A model generated the notes under the pieces. It worked only from the letters and a program-made list of their open reading frames with translations. It was not told the origin of the DNA and did not search any database. Shown here one piece after another: positions 1-11,927 of a stretch of DNA of 64,000 nucleotides. The stretch lies in contig NW_026861878.1 of the NCBI RefSeq assembly GCF_026571515.1, forward strand, positions 1 through 64,000, written 5' to 3'. The translations under genes were made by a program, and so were the position numbers. The stretch comes from Ruditapes philippinarum (taxonomy: Eukaryota). Every line of letters starts with the position of its first letter. Position 1 is the first letter of the stretch.

Positions 1-630
1 AACTATTAAGATGTGATGTACAAACTTTGTAAGGTATTGGTTTAATAATTTAACGTTTTGTTAGAAGAGATTATGACCCTACTACTTTAAAAAAATACTG
101 CATACTTGATGTTCAACCCTAGGGCACTACGATTTCCACTTTCGATTGCATCTGACGGAATAAGCGGAAGACAATGATGGACTAATCTAAAAACCCATTG
201 GGACTGAATTGTCTTATTTTTTGTCTTCTGCATTGCTTCGTCGTAGGTGATATTCTTGCTGCTCTGTCCTCCTTAAATATATTGAGTGCTTTTGTTACGG
301 TCATTTTGATTTCCGATTTATATTCATCTACATGAGCATTTCTGTGTTTTACTTATTTTCACCTTTTGTAACCATAATAACTGTTAAAATTTCGCTTGGC
401 GGGAATTCATTCCTTTACACAATCTCATTGAAAAGTAACATGTTGAGGATAAGAGTGGTGTTTGGTGCATCATTATTGGGTTTAAACTCCCAAACCGTGC
501 TTATGCTGTTGACCGTTCCAAAGCGAAACCCCTCTGTATGCCTCAGATGTATGTCTTTTTTATTGTTACATACAATTGTGGTAACACTTTTGTGTCCCTT
601 CTTGTTTATTTTTGTCTTCGGTATGTGACT
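1..630 (+). mobile_element. Degenerate 3' remnant of a Penelope-like/non-LTR retroelement (same family as 60340-61430)
   Basis: Collinear similarity to 60540-61140, e.g. gattatgaccctactactttaa...tactgcatacttgatgttcaaccc vs ggttatgaccctactattttaagacatactgcatgtttagtgttcaaccc, plus shared gggactgaattgtctta and gaccgttccaa. The family label is inferred from the remembered RT C-terminal motif GYxxxxLRxTACLVxNP. Confidence 0.6.
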
Positions 631-3600
631 TTGTTAACTTGCTCTGTTATGCTTGTTCCGGTTATAAAGTTGCAATGAAGTTTTGTTTTCCATATCAGCA
701 ATGTCAACAATTAATTAACGCATATTTGATTATCAAGATATTTCTTACACAACTATTTCTAAGATGTGATGAAAAGTAGCAATTCGTCTAAATGAATATA
801 AAATAAGCATAACCATGTAAAAGATATATAATGATATTAGATTTATTTGATGTGTTCAGTGTTACTATTAGAAATGATGCAGACTTGTTTAATGTTAAGT
901 TAATCACTAAATGTAATTTACAAAGCTTACATGTTGTTGTACATAATTATATATAATATGTTTTCTATTGATATGAATGTCATGTTTATATGATAAGGTT
1001 AGCAATTAAGTCAGCTCGAAGGTCTCTTTGCAACTTAACATGAATAGTCAAATCACTTTTGAAATTGAACTTTCGAAGTTTCAAAATCCAAAATGAATGA
1101 TAAAGATTTGTTACATTTATTAAATCTGCAATTGATGCGAAGGGACTTTATTTTTAGGATGTGTGTATAAATATATGGCAATGCGTTTATGTATTAAAAT
1201 TCAATTAATTTACAACAAATCTTGCATAAATGGCTCATGTAATTTATGTTTTGTTTTTGTATGTATGTACATGTATATGTGTGTATGTATGTTATATGTA
1301 TATATAATAGATCTATATAATGGTTCAAAGATCAATTTTGATATGAAAATTATTATTAACTACTTAATTATTATGTAACTACTTAAGAATATTTTCGGCT
1401 GGTATTTACTTTATCAATCAAAATTGATCTTCTCCAAACTTTTTTTTTTCATGATTGTTGATATTATGTATATATGTTTATGTCATACACTGTTCGTTAT
1501 TGTGCATGATTTATGTCCGCATGGGCTTTTAAGCCTATTGGAATAAAATAAAATGTCTACTGTCTACTGTCTACTGTTTTAATACTCTCAACTGTGTACT
1601 CATACAATATTCATCTTTACATTCATTGTAAAAGTCATCAAATGGTTTACTTTTGATATTCTGTAAACCCCGGCTACGTTACGATAATTGATAATCCGTT
1701 ATATGGTATTTCTTCAAAATAACTTCAATCGAGTTGAACCCAAGAGTCTAAATGTTATATGTGTAGTTAAATGTCCGGAGATTTTGGATTTGATAAAATT
1801 TCCAATCTTAACTTTGTTGACTTCTATTTCGTGTTTTGTGTTCTGATGTAATGTGTTTTATTTTTGACCATGCAGCCATCGAGAACTGACCAAAACCTCC
1901 CTATACATTGTATATATATTATTGTAGCTAGTTCTTTTGAATAGACAAGTCTATTAATGGCGAACGAATCTTATTGTCCCTATTATAGTCAAGATAACTT
2001 TCAAATGCGAAAATGTACTCGATAGAATTGGATTAACTAGTAAAAAGTATATATGTTTAATTGATAATGGTGGCAAAGCTTAAACATTTTTCTTACGAAC
2101 ATAACTTCAAAAGTTGCAATCACGTTTATTATTCAATGATTTTATACATTTGACATTGTATTTAGTGTAAATTTAAGTTATACATACAGCAACAGTGACA
2201 ACACATGCAACACAACAATCAAATTAATACAGTTTAAAGTTTAAAACATCTTGCAATGTATTCAATGATAACTGCATGTGTGAAACAAGGACATAAACAC
2301 ATCACATAGATTTATTAATGAAATGTCCAGAGAGTTTACAGTCTCATTGTCTAGTATTTTCAGTTTGTATTTTCGCATGAACAATTTCGAAAATAAAGAA
2401 CTCCACCTTATCACCGTGCACAATGTGTACTAATAAGCAAATAAGGTGCTACTTCAAAACACAACCGACCGGCGTAAATTCCACTGTGACTTTCAAAAAA
2501 AAAATCAATTAATATAAGTAAGTCTAAATTGTTGAAAAGTTATGCACCGTGATATGCAAGGGGAGAACCTTATATTGATTTAATGCTTCCGATAAGACAA
2601 ATGATATATGCAACAATATAATTATTATGAAGCTGTTAATTATAATATTAAATTTACATTTGAAACAAATTAGATTAAAATAGGTGCCTCAATCTTTGAC
2701 CTCTATCTAGGGAATATTTCATTTTTGTCATGATTAAGCAACGCAATAAATGAAAAATAATTCTGCCTCAGTCATATGAAAAGTCAGACGTGAATTCCAT
2801 TAAAACTCACACTATCATTTAAATCACACACACATAACCGTGTGATAAATAGAATGTTGTTGATAAAAACCTAAACTCGTATAAATAACTGTTATTTCCA
2901 AATGGAAATGACAGATATGCTGTCGATAATACATTACTGCTAATGACTTTCTGACTAGCAAAGCATTAAACATTTTACCAAAACAATTAAGCGAACAATA
3001 TTCAGTATTGTCACGACAATAACTAATCCCATAAGATATAATCAATCATTGATAATTGTTGATAAATGTGTCAAAATTCTAGTTCAGAGGTATATGAAAA
3101 TGCAATAGAAAAGAAATCATATCCAAAAGGCAGAAACGCATTATTCTAAGCATGTTTAAAATCATCTTAAGGATTACAAACCAGCCCTCATGGAAATTCT
3201 AAATATAAAATATATAGTTATTTGTTTTCCTTCTGACCTTTTTCCTGGAAATCTGTGATCCAGGGGTAGCACGCTCGCTTAGGATGTGGGAAGTCAAGAC
3301 AACTGAATATTATTGTCTTTTTAGTGATTTTGACGTTTTTCCAAAGAAATAGTGTGGTTGTGTTTAGAATTAAAATAGACAAAATGTACATAAATTATAT
3401 CTTAACGCAAGTAAGAAACAAAGATGAAGCAAAATTCCGTATATTTATCAAACACAAATTGTTATAAGCAAAGAAAGTAGTTAACAAAGTGTTTTGAATT
3501 TTTAGAGCCTGTTTATTTATATATCTAAAGATGTTAATTAAAGTTTTATTAGATTAACTACATATGAACGCTGGTTTTAGTTGTGTCATTTAGAGTCTCT

Positions 3601-4193
3601 GAAAATGGCAGTCTATTTTACGTGCATCTTATTAATTTTAGATGAAAAATAAATTGTAAAAAGCAATGATCGCTTGTTACTTAGTCACTTTGTAAATTGT
3701 ATATTTCAAAAATGAAAACAAAAACATAGATAATTACATATGCAAAAATAATTATTCTATAAATGATTTGGTGAAAAAATCGGATGGTAGAATTTTTTTT
3801 TTGAAAAGCTGTTACCTATTGAAGATCATTAGGGTTCGTAATCTTTAAAAGTAAACACAAGGAGTTCCGTAAAAAGTAACGAACGATATACAATAGCAAC
3901 TTACACAAAATCGATTTGTCTTACAATTGTCAAATATGTAATTTGTTATAAGAACTTTTCATTTTAAGATAAGATGACATTTATCACAATATATCAACAA
4001 CAAAAAACTGTGAACGTTGACGAAATAATTCTAGTATTACTAGGTGGCAATGAATCTAATTACGTCAATTTTTTCATCTTCAACTCTTTTAGACCAATAA
4101 GAAACTGCAATGCCTTGTACATAATAATGTTATAAAGCAGAAAAATATAAGACAGACAAATTTAATTGAAATGTTTCCGAACTATTATTCATT

Positions 4194-7100
4194 TTAATAT
4201 TTGGTATCAATATCTTTGATATGGATATGCATTTCTTTTCTGCTAACAGTCGTTAATTTGGTTGACTGTGTAGAGGTGTCCACATTTTCATTTGTGTTTG
4301 TATAAATCTGGGAACGTAGCATGTTCAATGTACGTTTATTTACAAAGGAAATCATTATGAACACACCTTGTCCGGCATTAAAGACTATGTAGAAATATGC
4401 AAACAAGAGAACGTTAGTGAACTGATATAAGAATCCAAATAGCCATGTGATACCGGTCAAAGTTGACAATTTTGCGAATATCAGTAAATTATGGCGTTCG
4501 TGGCTGCTGTTATGTGCCATGTCAGGTATTCGAGACACACTCGATACAACATAACTAAACATGCCTAGGTTAGCCATGATAACAAGCCCAAGAGGAATAG
4601 CAACAAAATAAAGTATCATATTGGGCCCTTTAATGTAACAGTTTGAACCACCATAGCTAAAACCTTCAGAATCCATGTCTGTTGTGATCGTAACTACTAT
4701 ATAAGAAATTACCAAAATAGCTGACAGAGATTCCGTAAAGATTATATGGTAACCAAATTTTTTCATATTGTGTTGAGAAACAGATTTTTCTTTTATCTTA
4801 ACAAAAACATTCATCATGTGAAAAGTAGAAATGAACATCCAAAAGAAACTGGACAACAGATTAAAATGCAGGAGAATTCCAATTGTTGAACAAAGCCAAG
4901 ATTGCTTTATATCTGTTATAGCTATTGTTAATGCCAAAGAATGTGCAAAGAAAAGATGAAAAATAAGGGCCATGTTATTCAATCCTGGCACTGTCCTTAA
5001 TCTTGGAAGTACACAGTAGATAATAAAGGTAAATACAAGAGATATGATAGAAAATACGAGACAAATTATGGTCAATACAACAAGCTCGTCATAACGGCTA
5101 CTGACAACAGCATTTACTGATGGTAATTGTGAAAAGTACTCATCGCTACATACATAAAAACTTCCATCTTGATCTGAAGACAAAATATTTGAAAATGTTA
5201 TATCAGGTATTGGGTTTGGTTTTTCTGATGATACGTCGTATTCAAGAAAACTTACTTTCTTGTTTGATAAATCTATTTCAAATTCGTCATTACTAAGTTT
5301 GATACGAGGACAGAATGGTTTTGGTTGTACTAACAAATCTGGTTCACATTTTGGTTCCGGTGACAAAGGTTCAAATGGAAAGGTCAAAAAGCCAAATCCA
5401 TTTTCAGTTTGCCCGTTAATTATCAGTTCATGTTGCAGTGAGTCGAGAATAAGCTCGTTTAACTTTGTTGTAAATTCCTCTTTCAGGGTGTAGTTCCTAG
5501 AATATGGAGGCATTTCTATATCGTCTATGGAGTGTTGAATCGTATATTGTGCATAATGATTACTTGTAGCGAAAATCTTCTCCATTTCCTCTAAAGTCGC
5601 AGAACTATTTTTTAAACCATTGAACTGTATGTCAACAATAACGGCTATGTAGGAGACGAAAGGTAGAAAATTTGATAAATTATATCTATGCATTAACGAA
5701 ATCGTATCCTCCAGAGTGCAGTTCAATTTCACGTAAGTATTAAATGAACATATGTCTGCAAAACCAATTGTGGTGAGCATGATATACAATTTTGATGATA
5801 TATCATCGTACATAGTCATCTCAATTGACAGCAGGTTATTCCACTTGCTATATTTTGCAATGTGGGTAGGCACAAGTTTAAAACGTAGTCCAAATACCAC
5901 ACCATGAAGAGAATAATCTATTTCTTTGTAAACTGGTGAACACGTGTCCTTTAACAAATGCATTCCCTCTGGGCATGATAGAGACCTGCATTTCTTCTGA
6001 AATTAATAATTTGACAAAATCTCACTTTTTTATCAAATATTGATTATAAATTAATAAATTTGATTCATTTTGAGCCTTTATTTACTAAGTTTTTCACTTT
6101 GAATTTTATATTAGTTTAGATATAGATGCGGATAATTCGAAAAAGTTGAAAACAAATAAAGGAGAAGTAAAAGCATTAGTTTACCTTGTATGGATCATAT
6201 CGTGAGCCTGATGAACATGTTGTCATACCTATACTGCCTGATTCCGTTGAACGTTCTAAATTATTAAAATCCAGTAGAGCTACAAATGAGCTACCACCGC
6301 CATACACGTCTTCCATCTGGCATATATCAATGATATCATTCATGCTATACCCATTGCATATAAAACAGTGTATGTTTTTGAAATTATTATACGTTGATGA
6401 GTATGAATGGCATGCTGATTCTGTGTAAGCATTGTATTTTTTCCATGTACTTGTCACATTGCATCTGTCTATTTCATCTCCGCAGATGCTGACAACGTTC
6501 GATGGCGTGGAAGGTGAAGGTACAAACATAACTTGACAAAAACGTTCCTCCGAAAGTTTCAGCATAATTTCAGATACATGTAAAAGCGAAAACTTCTTTT
6601 TATTCTCGCATTCGACTTTAGTATCCCAAAAAATCAGATCATAGCGTGAAGCTGCATTACAAATTGCACAGAAAATGTTTTTAAATGTCACATTTAATAA
6701 ATTTGAAGAAACGGGCATGAGTGTTTTAAAATCACCTTTTTCAAAATCAAAATCATGATACTCTCTTAAACATTTAGAAGTAACATCATGATCTATGTAA
6801 CTTGCCGGACAGTTGCTGACCATCTTATACGATTTCCCATTTAATGCTGTTATACTGTAAGGTCGGAGTTGAGCGTAAATACATTGTTCTTGCGCATTTT
6901 TCAATTCTTTAACTTCTAATTTATCCAAAAATCGTTCTGGTTTATCCGGGCAACAGTTGTTTCCGCAATTTTCGTCACACGTACACCACCCACAGCAGGG
7001 ATACTCTAAGAAACTGTTACGACGCGATACGTTTTTCTGCGCTTTATCGAAGCACATATCTGTATAAGGACAAAGTCTTTTAAAGTCCTCAACGCTTTCT

Positions 7101-7201
7101 TCTTGAGCAGATCTTTCGTTTACACTTGCCTTAGATTCTCTGATACATTTTATTGCCAGTAAAATTGTTAAATACATTATATATCCTTGTAGCCTTGTCA
7201 T
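4194..7201 (-). CDS. Secretin-family (7tm_2) GPCR, Methuselah/adhesion-GPCR-like, with Cys-rich somatomedin-B-like ectodomain; 2 exons, 939 aa
   Basis: Exon 1 7201-6185 (signal peptide MTRLQGYIMYLTILLAIKC; CCGWCTCDENCGNNCCPD). Phase-0 GT..AG intron 6184-5997. Exon 2 5996-4194 starts KKCRSLSCPEG in frame with the 589-aa ORF. Seven hydrophobic helices carry family-B motifs (LRTVPGLNNM, CSTIGILLHFNLLSSFFWM, YGGSNCYI, KLSTLTGITWLFGF, FNAGQGVFI). Confidence 0.88.
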
Positions 7202-8139
7202 GCTTCAATTTTAAGTGTATTCACAATTTTCTAAAATTACTGTTATGTTATTCAAGTATGAAAATCCTTATCTAAATCGATAATTATTCTCCGAACTTGG
7301 GTAAGCAAATGGTTATAATGTCTCCGAGCGAGACTTATAACTCTGCTTAAGGCTAATCGGAAACGGTCATTTATTCTTCTAGTTGATAAATCGTCCAATC
7401 AAATAAAAGAATGTCACGACAGCGTATAGAAATGTTCGACACAAAAACATCATTTCAAATCTATTATAAATACGGATTTTCTAAAATTTCTTAACTAAAA
7501 TGATTCAAGATTGTAAAACTGACTGTCTAAATTGTATCCACTTTTTCTTTTAAGTAAAATTTCCACATGAAGAGATTTTTAGAGATCCGATAAAATGATA
7601 CCTTTTATAGATAGTTTTTTATAGTTGACTATTAATACAAAGCACGACAATTTCCAATTATCATATCATTGATAATAAATGGAAAAAAATAAAAAATCAC
7701 AGTAAGATAGCTGATGTTAATAGATCACGTGTTCTGCTACATTAAAGGTGTTGACCCTGTAAAGATCAGTTAACCTGTTCACGTGATCATTAATTAATAA
7801 TATAATCTGCTTTGTATTCCTATCCAAATCCACACTGTAAAAAAGAGTCTACTTCCTATTATCGTATACAGGAAAGCTTCAAGTTAAAATACCGGTATAA
7901 CGGCTCCCTAGGAAGAGATAGGGATTGGAATAGAAGGGATTTCATTCGGGGGACATGGTACACGGTTGGCAAGATGTGGCACAATGATCCGTTTTATTCA
8001 CTGAGGGGAATCCTTTGTTATACAAAGCAGACAAAACACTCGTAACAATATGATATTCAAAAGACTTTTTCCTCCCATATGATGGATCATGCAATGACAA
8101 AAATTAGTCTTGGAAAATATCTTCAAGCTAGCGGATCAA

Positions 8140-9013
8140 GTCTAGGTCACAAATAAGAAAATGCCGCCGGGCGGCGTCTGTTTCTCCAAAAAAATCGCCA
8201 TATCGGCCGGCGTCCGACCGGCGGCAGTGACTATCAGACGGCAGCAGCTAAACATTTTGCTCATCGGGCGGGCGCCTTCGAGTTTTAAATAATTCTTAAA
8301 AGCTAACGGCGACCGGGCGATGATTTTTTGATCGGGCGATTTTTTGTTCTACTAAAACACCGTCCGATTTAAAAGGCGTTCCGGTGGACATCGGCCGGGC
8401 CCCGCCCGGTGCCTGAATAGAGACAAGTAGTCAAGCTATTATCGCCCGGTACCTGGACGATTCATGTACAGGCATAGTGCGGTCATCGTTTTGTCATCCG
8501 GCGACCGGGCTGCTTGTGTTTGTTGTAATTTCAGCTTGAAGAAGTTGTAATTGCCTTAAAAATATTTTTGTGAATTTCTTTTGAATACTAGTAAACATGA
8601 TTTTTTTCTTCAATGTCCATGTGAATGTCTAATTGATTTTCGCCTTCTACGGCCTCGATACTGGCCGTTGGTGACTCGGTGTCAACAACACGGACCATCT
8701 CCTTGGCCTTCCCCTTGGCTTTGGCAGCCGACTTCTTTGCTGGCATAACTACAACTGGCTGATTTATAAAGGATGTCATTAAATGTAAAGTCATTGTCGC
8801 CCGGCGCCTTCGCGGCAACCGTCCGATTCACTTTTAAATCGCACCGCTCGATTCGTTCAATTTTTTCTGTAAAATCCATTCGGCAAAAAATCGCCCGACG
8901 ACTGTTTCATTCATGACCACGCAAGATCGCCCGGCGTCCACGACATTAAAAAATCTGCCGATTTTATAAAAATCGTTTAATCGGACGACGCCCGTTTTAT
9001 TTGTGACCTAGGC
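8140..9013. mobile_element. Non-autonomous DNA transposon, PIF/Harbinger-like
   Basis: Terminal inverted repeats gtctaggtcacaaat (8140-8154) and atttgtgacctaggc (8999-9013). The interior is GC/CpG-rich with repeated cgcccgg/ccgggcg motifs in an AT-rich background and holds a short ORF remnant (MPAKKSAAKAKGK) on minus. The superfamily is inferred. Confidence 0.7.
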
Positions 9014-10559
9014 ATAATGAATAATGTAGTTATTTATCAAATGGCAACAAGGGTTGGTGGTGATTTTAGTAGTTTACCTTTGGGAAAACGACATTTAGCC
9101 AGACCAGAAATAACAACGATTGTATGATTCTTTTTTATCATTATAATTTTAATGAAGTCTAAAAAATGCTAAATTATGTCAAAATTCCAGTTTGACAAGC
9201 TATTTGTATATCAAACATATGCAATACAACTGACTTTATATTTAATGCTTATAGTACATTTAGAAATTATGAGAAGACAATCTTTGTAACGGATATCTAT
9301 AATGAGAGATTTATTTGAAAGTGCATCTATTACAAAATATAAAGAGCAGATTAAACTTTATAAGAGATGGAAGGTTAGCGTTATTCTCGAAGCTTACATG
9401 AATTTCTTTATAAATATCTAGTAACTGATATCCTAGATATTCATGGATTTGAAGTTAACTGTCGAATTCTTTTCCAGATATTTTTATTTCTCAATATATG
9501 AATAATATACATTGTGTGGCTGAAGAAATAAAATAACTTTTAATACGCTTCTTACAAAGTTTCTCTCTTTTTCCCAAATTCTTTACAGATCTATTTCTTT
9601 ATTCATTTATTTTACTTATATTTTTTTATCTCTCTTGCAGTTCTTTTTAAATTATAATTAGTTACAACACATGTTTCTACAATTATATATCGTTTATAAG
9701 TGAAGTTTAATTATCTTTCTACAGTGTTAAACCACCGAGAATTACACTGTTATGATAGACCTAGTTCTGGTAATAAAACAAATATGTGTACGGAATATCG
9801 AATGAGTGTTATTCTGTTGTTTGCTTGTATAAAGTTGTATCACCATTCGCATGTGTTATATAGTACTGCATATATGTTATGTTTCTTGTTTTGATAAACA
9901 AGTTAGTGTTTTTGTCGTATCTTGTTGTGTTTCCTATAACAATATCTGTTTGCACTGTTCAATTATAAAAATAGTTATGTAATAATGTAAAGCTGAAATG
10001 AATAAGTGAATATCACACAAATAGCACAAATCAATAGATAGAAATTGAAATACTTATGTTAAAAAATCTGATATAAATTTATATGAAATAAAGCAATAGG
10101 TAAATATGATTTTGTTTGAAATTTGCAAAATAAAATGTTATTACATGCGTAAAATTAGTGCACAAGATTATATTTACCACATTCATTCTAGAAAACAGTT
10201 TGATATCAATTTTGAGTGCACAGGAATACAATGATTAACAAGAAAAGCATTGATTCAAAGCATCAAAGGCGACGCCAAAATATATAGGATCAAGAATTGC
10301 ACATATAACTACTTAATTAACAAAGATGTGTACTTTATATCAATACCATTACATTGTGACCTTGAGGCTAGGACCCTGTTTAAGTTGACACTTGAACCAA
10401 AAAGAATGGATTCTGTCTTTGACAATAATTAATAGATCTAGCCAATATTTTTGTCAGAATAAGAATAGAAAAGTCACGAAACATGAATTTAGGCCTTGTA
10501 TCTAATTTGTTACGTAGGTGGAGATAGTGTATTATTATATTCAGATTATGCGATCTTTT

Positions 10560-10922
10560 TGGTGTTCATATCTCTTATTCGTATCATATTCATACATAAT
10601 AAAACAAAGTATAACTTTGTTCAAATATTAATGGAAAAACCTCGTGGCCAAAAATAAACAAAAACGTAATATCTGAATTTAATTTCATGTCGAAGTTTTC
10701 CATTTTCTGTCTCACATTGTAAACCCATCCAAAGGCATCGCTAGCTGGAAGTGCTGCGTAACTTTATATACTTGCTACTCCTAGTTAACCGAAGTGCATA
10801 TGTATAATGTATAAATTTATAACACCTGACACATTTAACCGAAAGGCCTGCAAACTATGATTTAAAACAAGTAATAGATTTAAAGGCAGCCGAAACAATG
10901 TTGTTGTAGCAGGTGGGACCTG
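10560..10922 (+). pseudogene. Decayed duplicate of the SHFL copy-1 upstream region and start of exon 1
   Basis: Collinear matches to 11430-11945: tattcgtatc, tataactttgtt, gaagttttccattttctgtctcacatt vs gaagttttcattattctgtctacacatt, and aacaatg...agcaggtgggac. Confidence 0.55.
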
Positions 10923-11927
10923 GATTATAAATCAAGATTGCAGAGTGTTTTGGTGTCCTTTCTCTTTTGTATCATAGTCAAACATAAAAACACGTTCCCT
11001 GTTGTCACAATTTTAAACCCCGGGAAAAAGTAACAAATGATCGAGCATCTGAATATGATATTTCTGCCGCTTTCCCTTTCTCTGCCGTCACAATATGTAA
11101 ACCCCAGCAAAAAATGAGCCAATCAACGGGCATGATCTGGAGTGCGGACCTGCACTCCAGTTACCGCACTGTGCATGTATATGTATACGATTTAACTCTG
11201 ACACTTTTTCAACAGAAAGGTCCCCAAACTTTGATACAATGCATGGATAGAGTTCAAATGCACGGGAATACAATAATTAATTACAGAGCCTTTAAACGAT
11301 AAATCGTAATAATGCACTTGATCGGCCTATCTGTTTGATAGGAGAATAGTGTATTATTTTATTATATCGTATACGGTCATATATACGGTTATACCTTAAT
11401 GACAACAAAATAATGTTGATAGTTCTACCGTGTTTATTCGTATCCATTAATATCATTACATTAATAAATACCCAAATATAAACTTTGTTAAATATTTCAT
11501 ATGCCGTAAATTATAGCATGTGGCTTTTACTAATAATATTAAATTAAAAACTAAAAAAATCTATTATTATTCTGCAATTTAATGTTCAAAATGATACAAA
11601 GAAGTTTTCATTATTCTGTCTACACATTTATTACATTCCTACACAAAGCATCGTCATAGCTGACAAAAGTTATTATATTCTAGCTCCGCTTGCGTGAAGC
11701 TTAATATGACGATTGACTAGTGTCTCTTCTCTTAAACCCGGAAGTTTAAAAAATGCTATTTAAATGGTATAACTTTATTTAAATTGATAACGTTTTACCG
11801 TGAATACATTAAGTAAACGTTTTCAGAAAATAGAGTTATCAAACGTTGTTTAGTTTGTCATATGACATGTTTAAATTTAAAGTCATTTAAAGTTAACCTA
11901 AGGATTTTAAAATTGTGAAGCGTAACA

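Noticed and set aside
332-628. Conserved small protein (98-aa ORF similar to the 130-aa ORF at 60890-61282)
   Set aside because: The similarity reflects the shared T-rich repeat; RNA pairing explains the conserved positions better than codon structure.
5963-6176. Two separate genes for the 341-aa and 589-aa ORFs
   Set aside because: A phase-0 GT-AG intron (6184-5997) joins them into one receptor.
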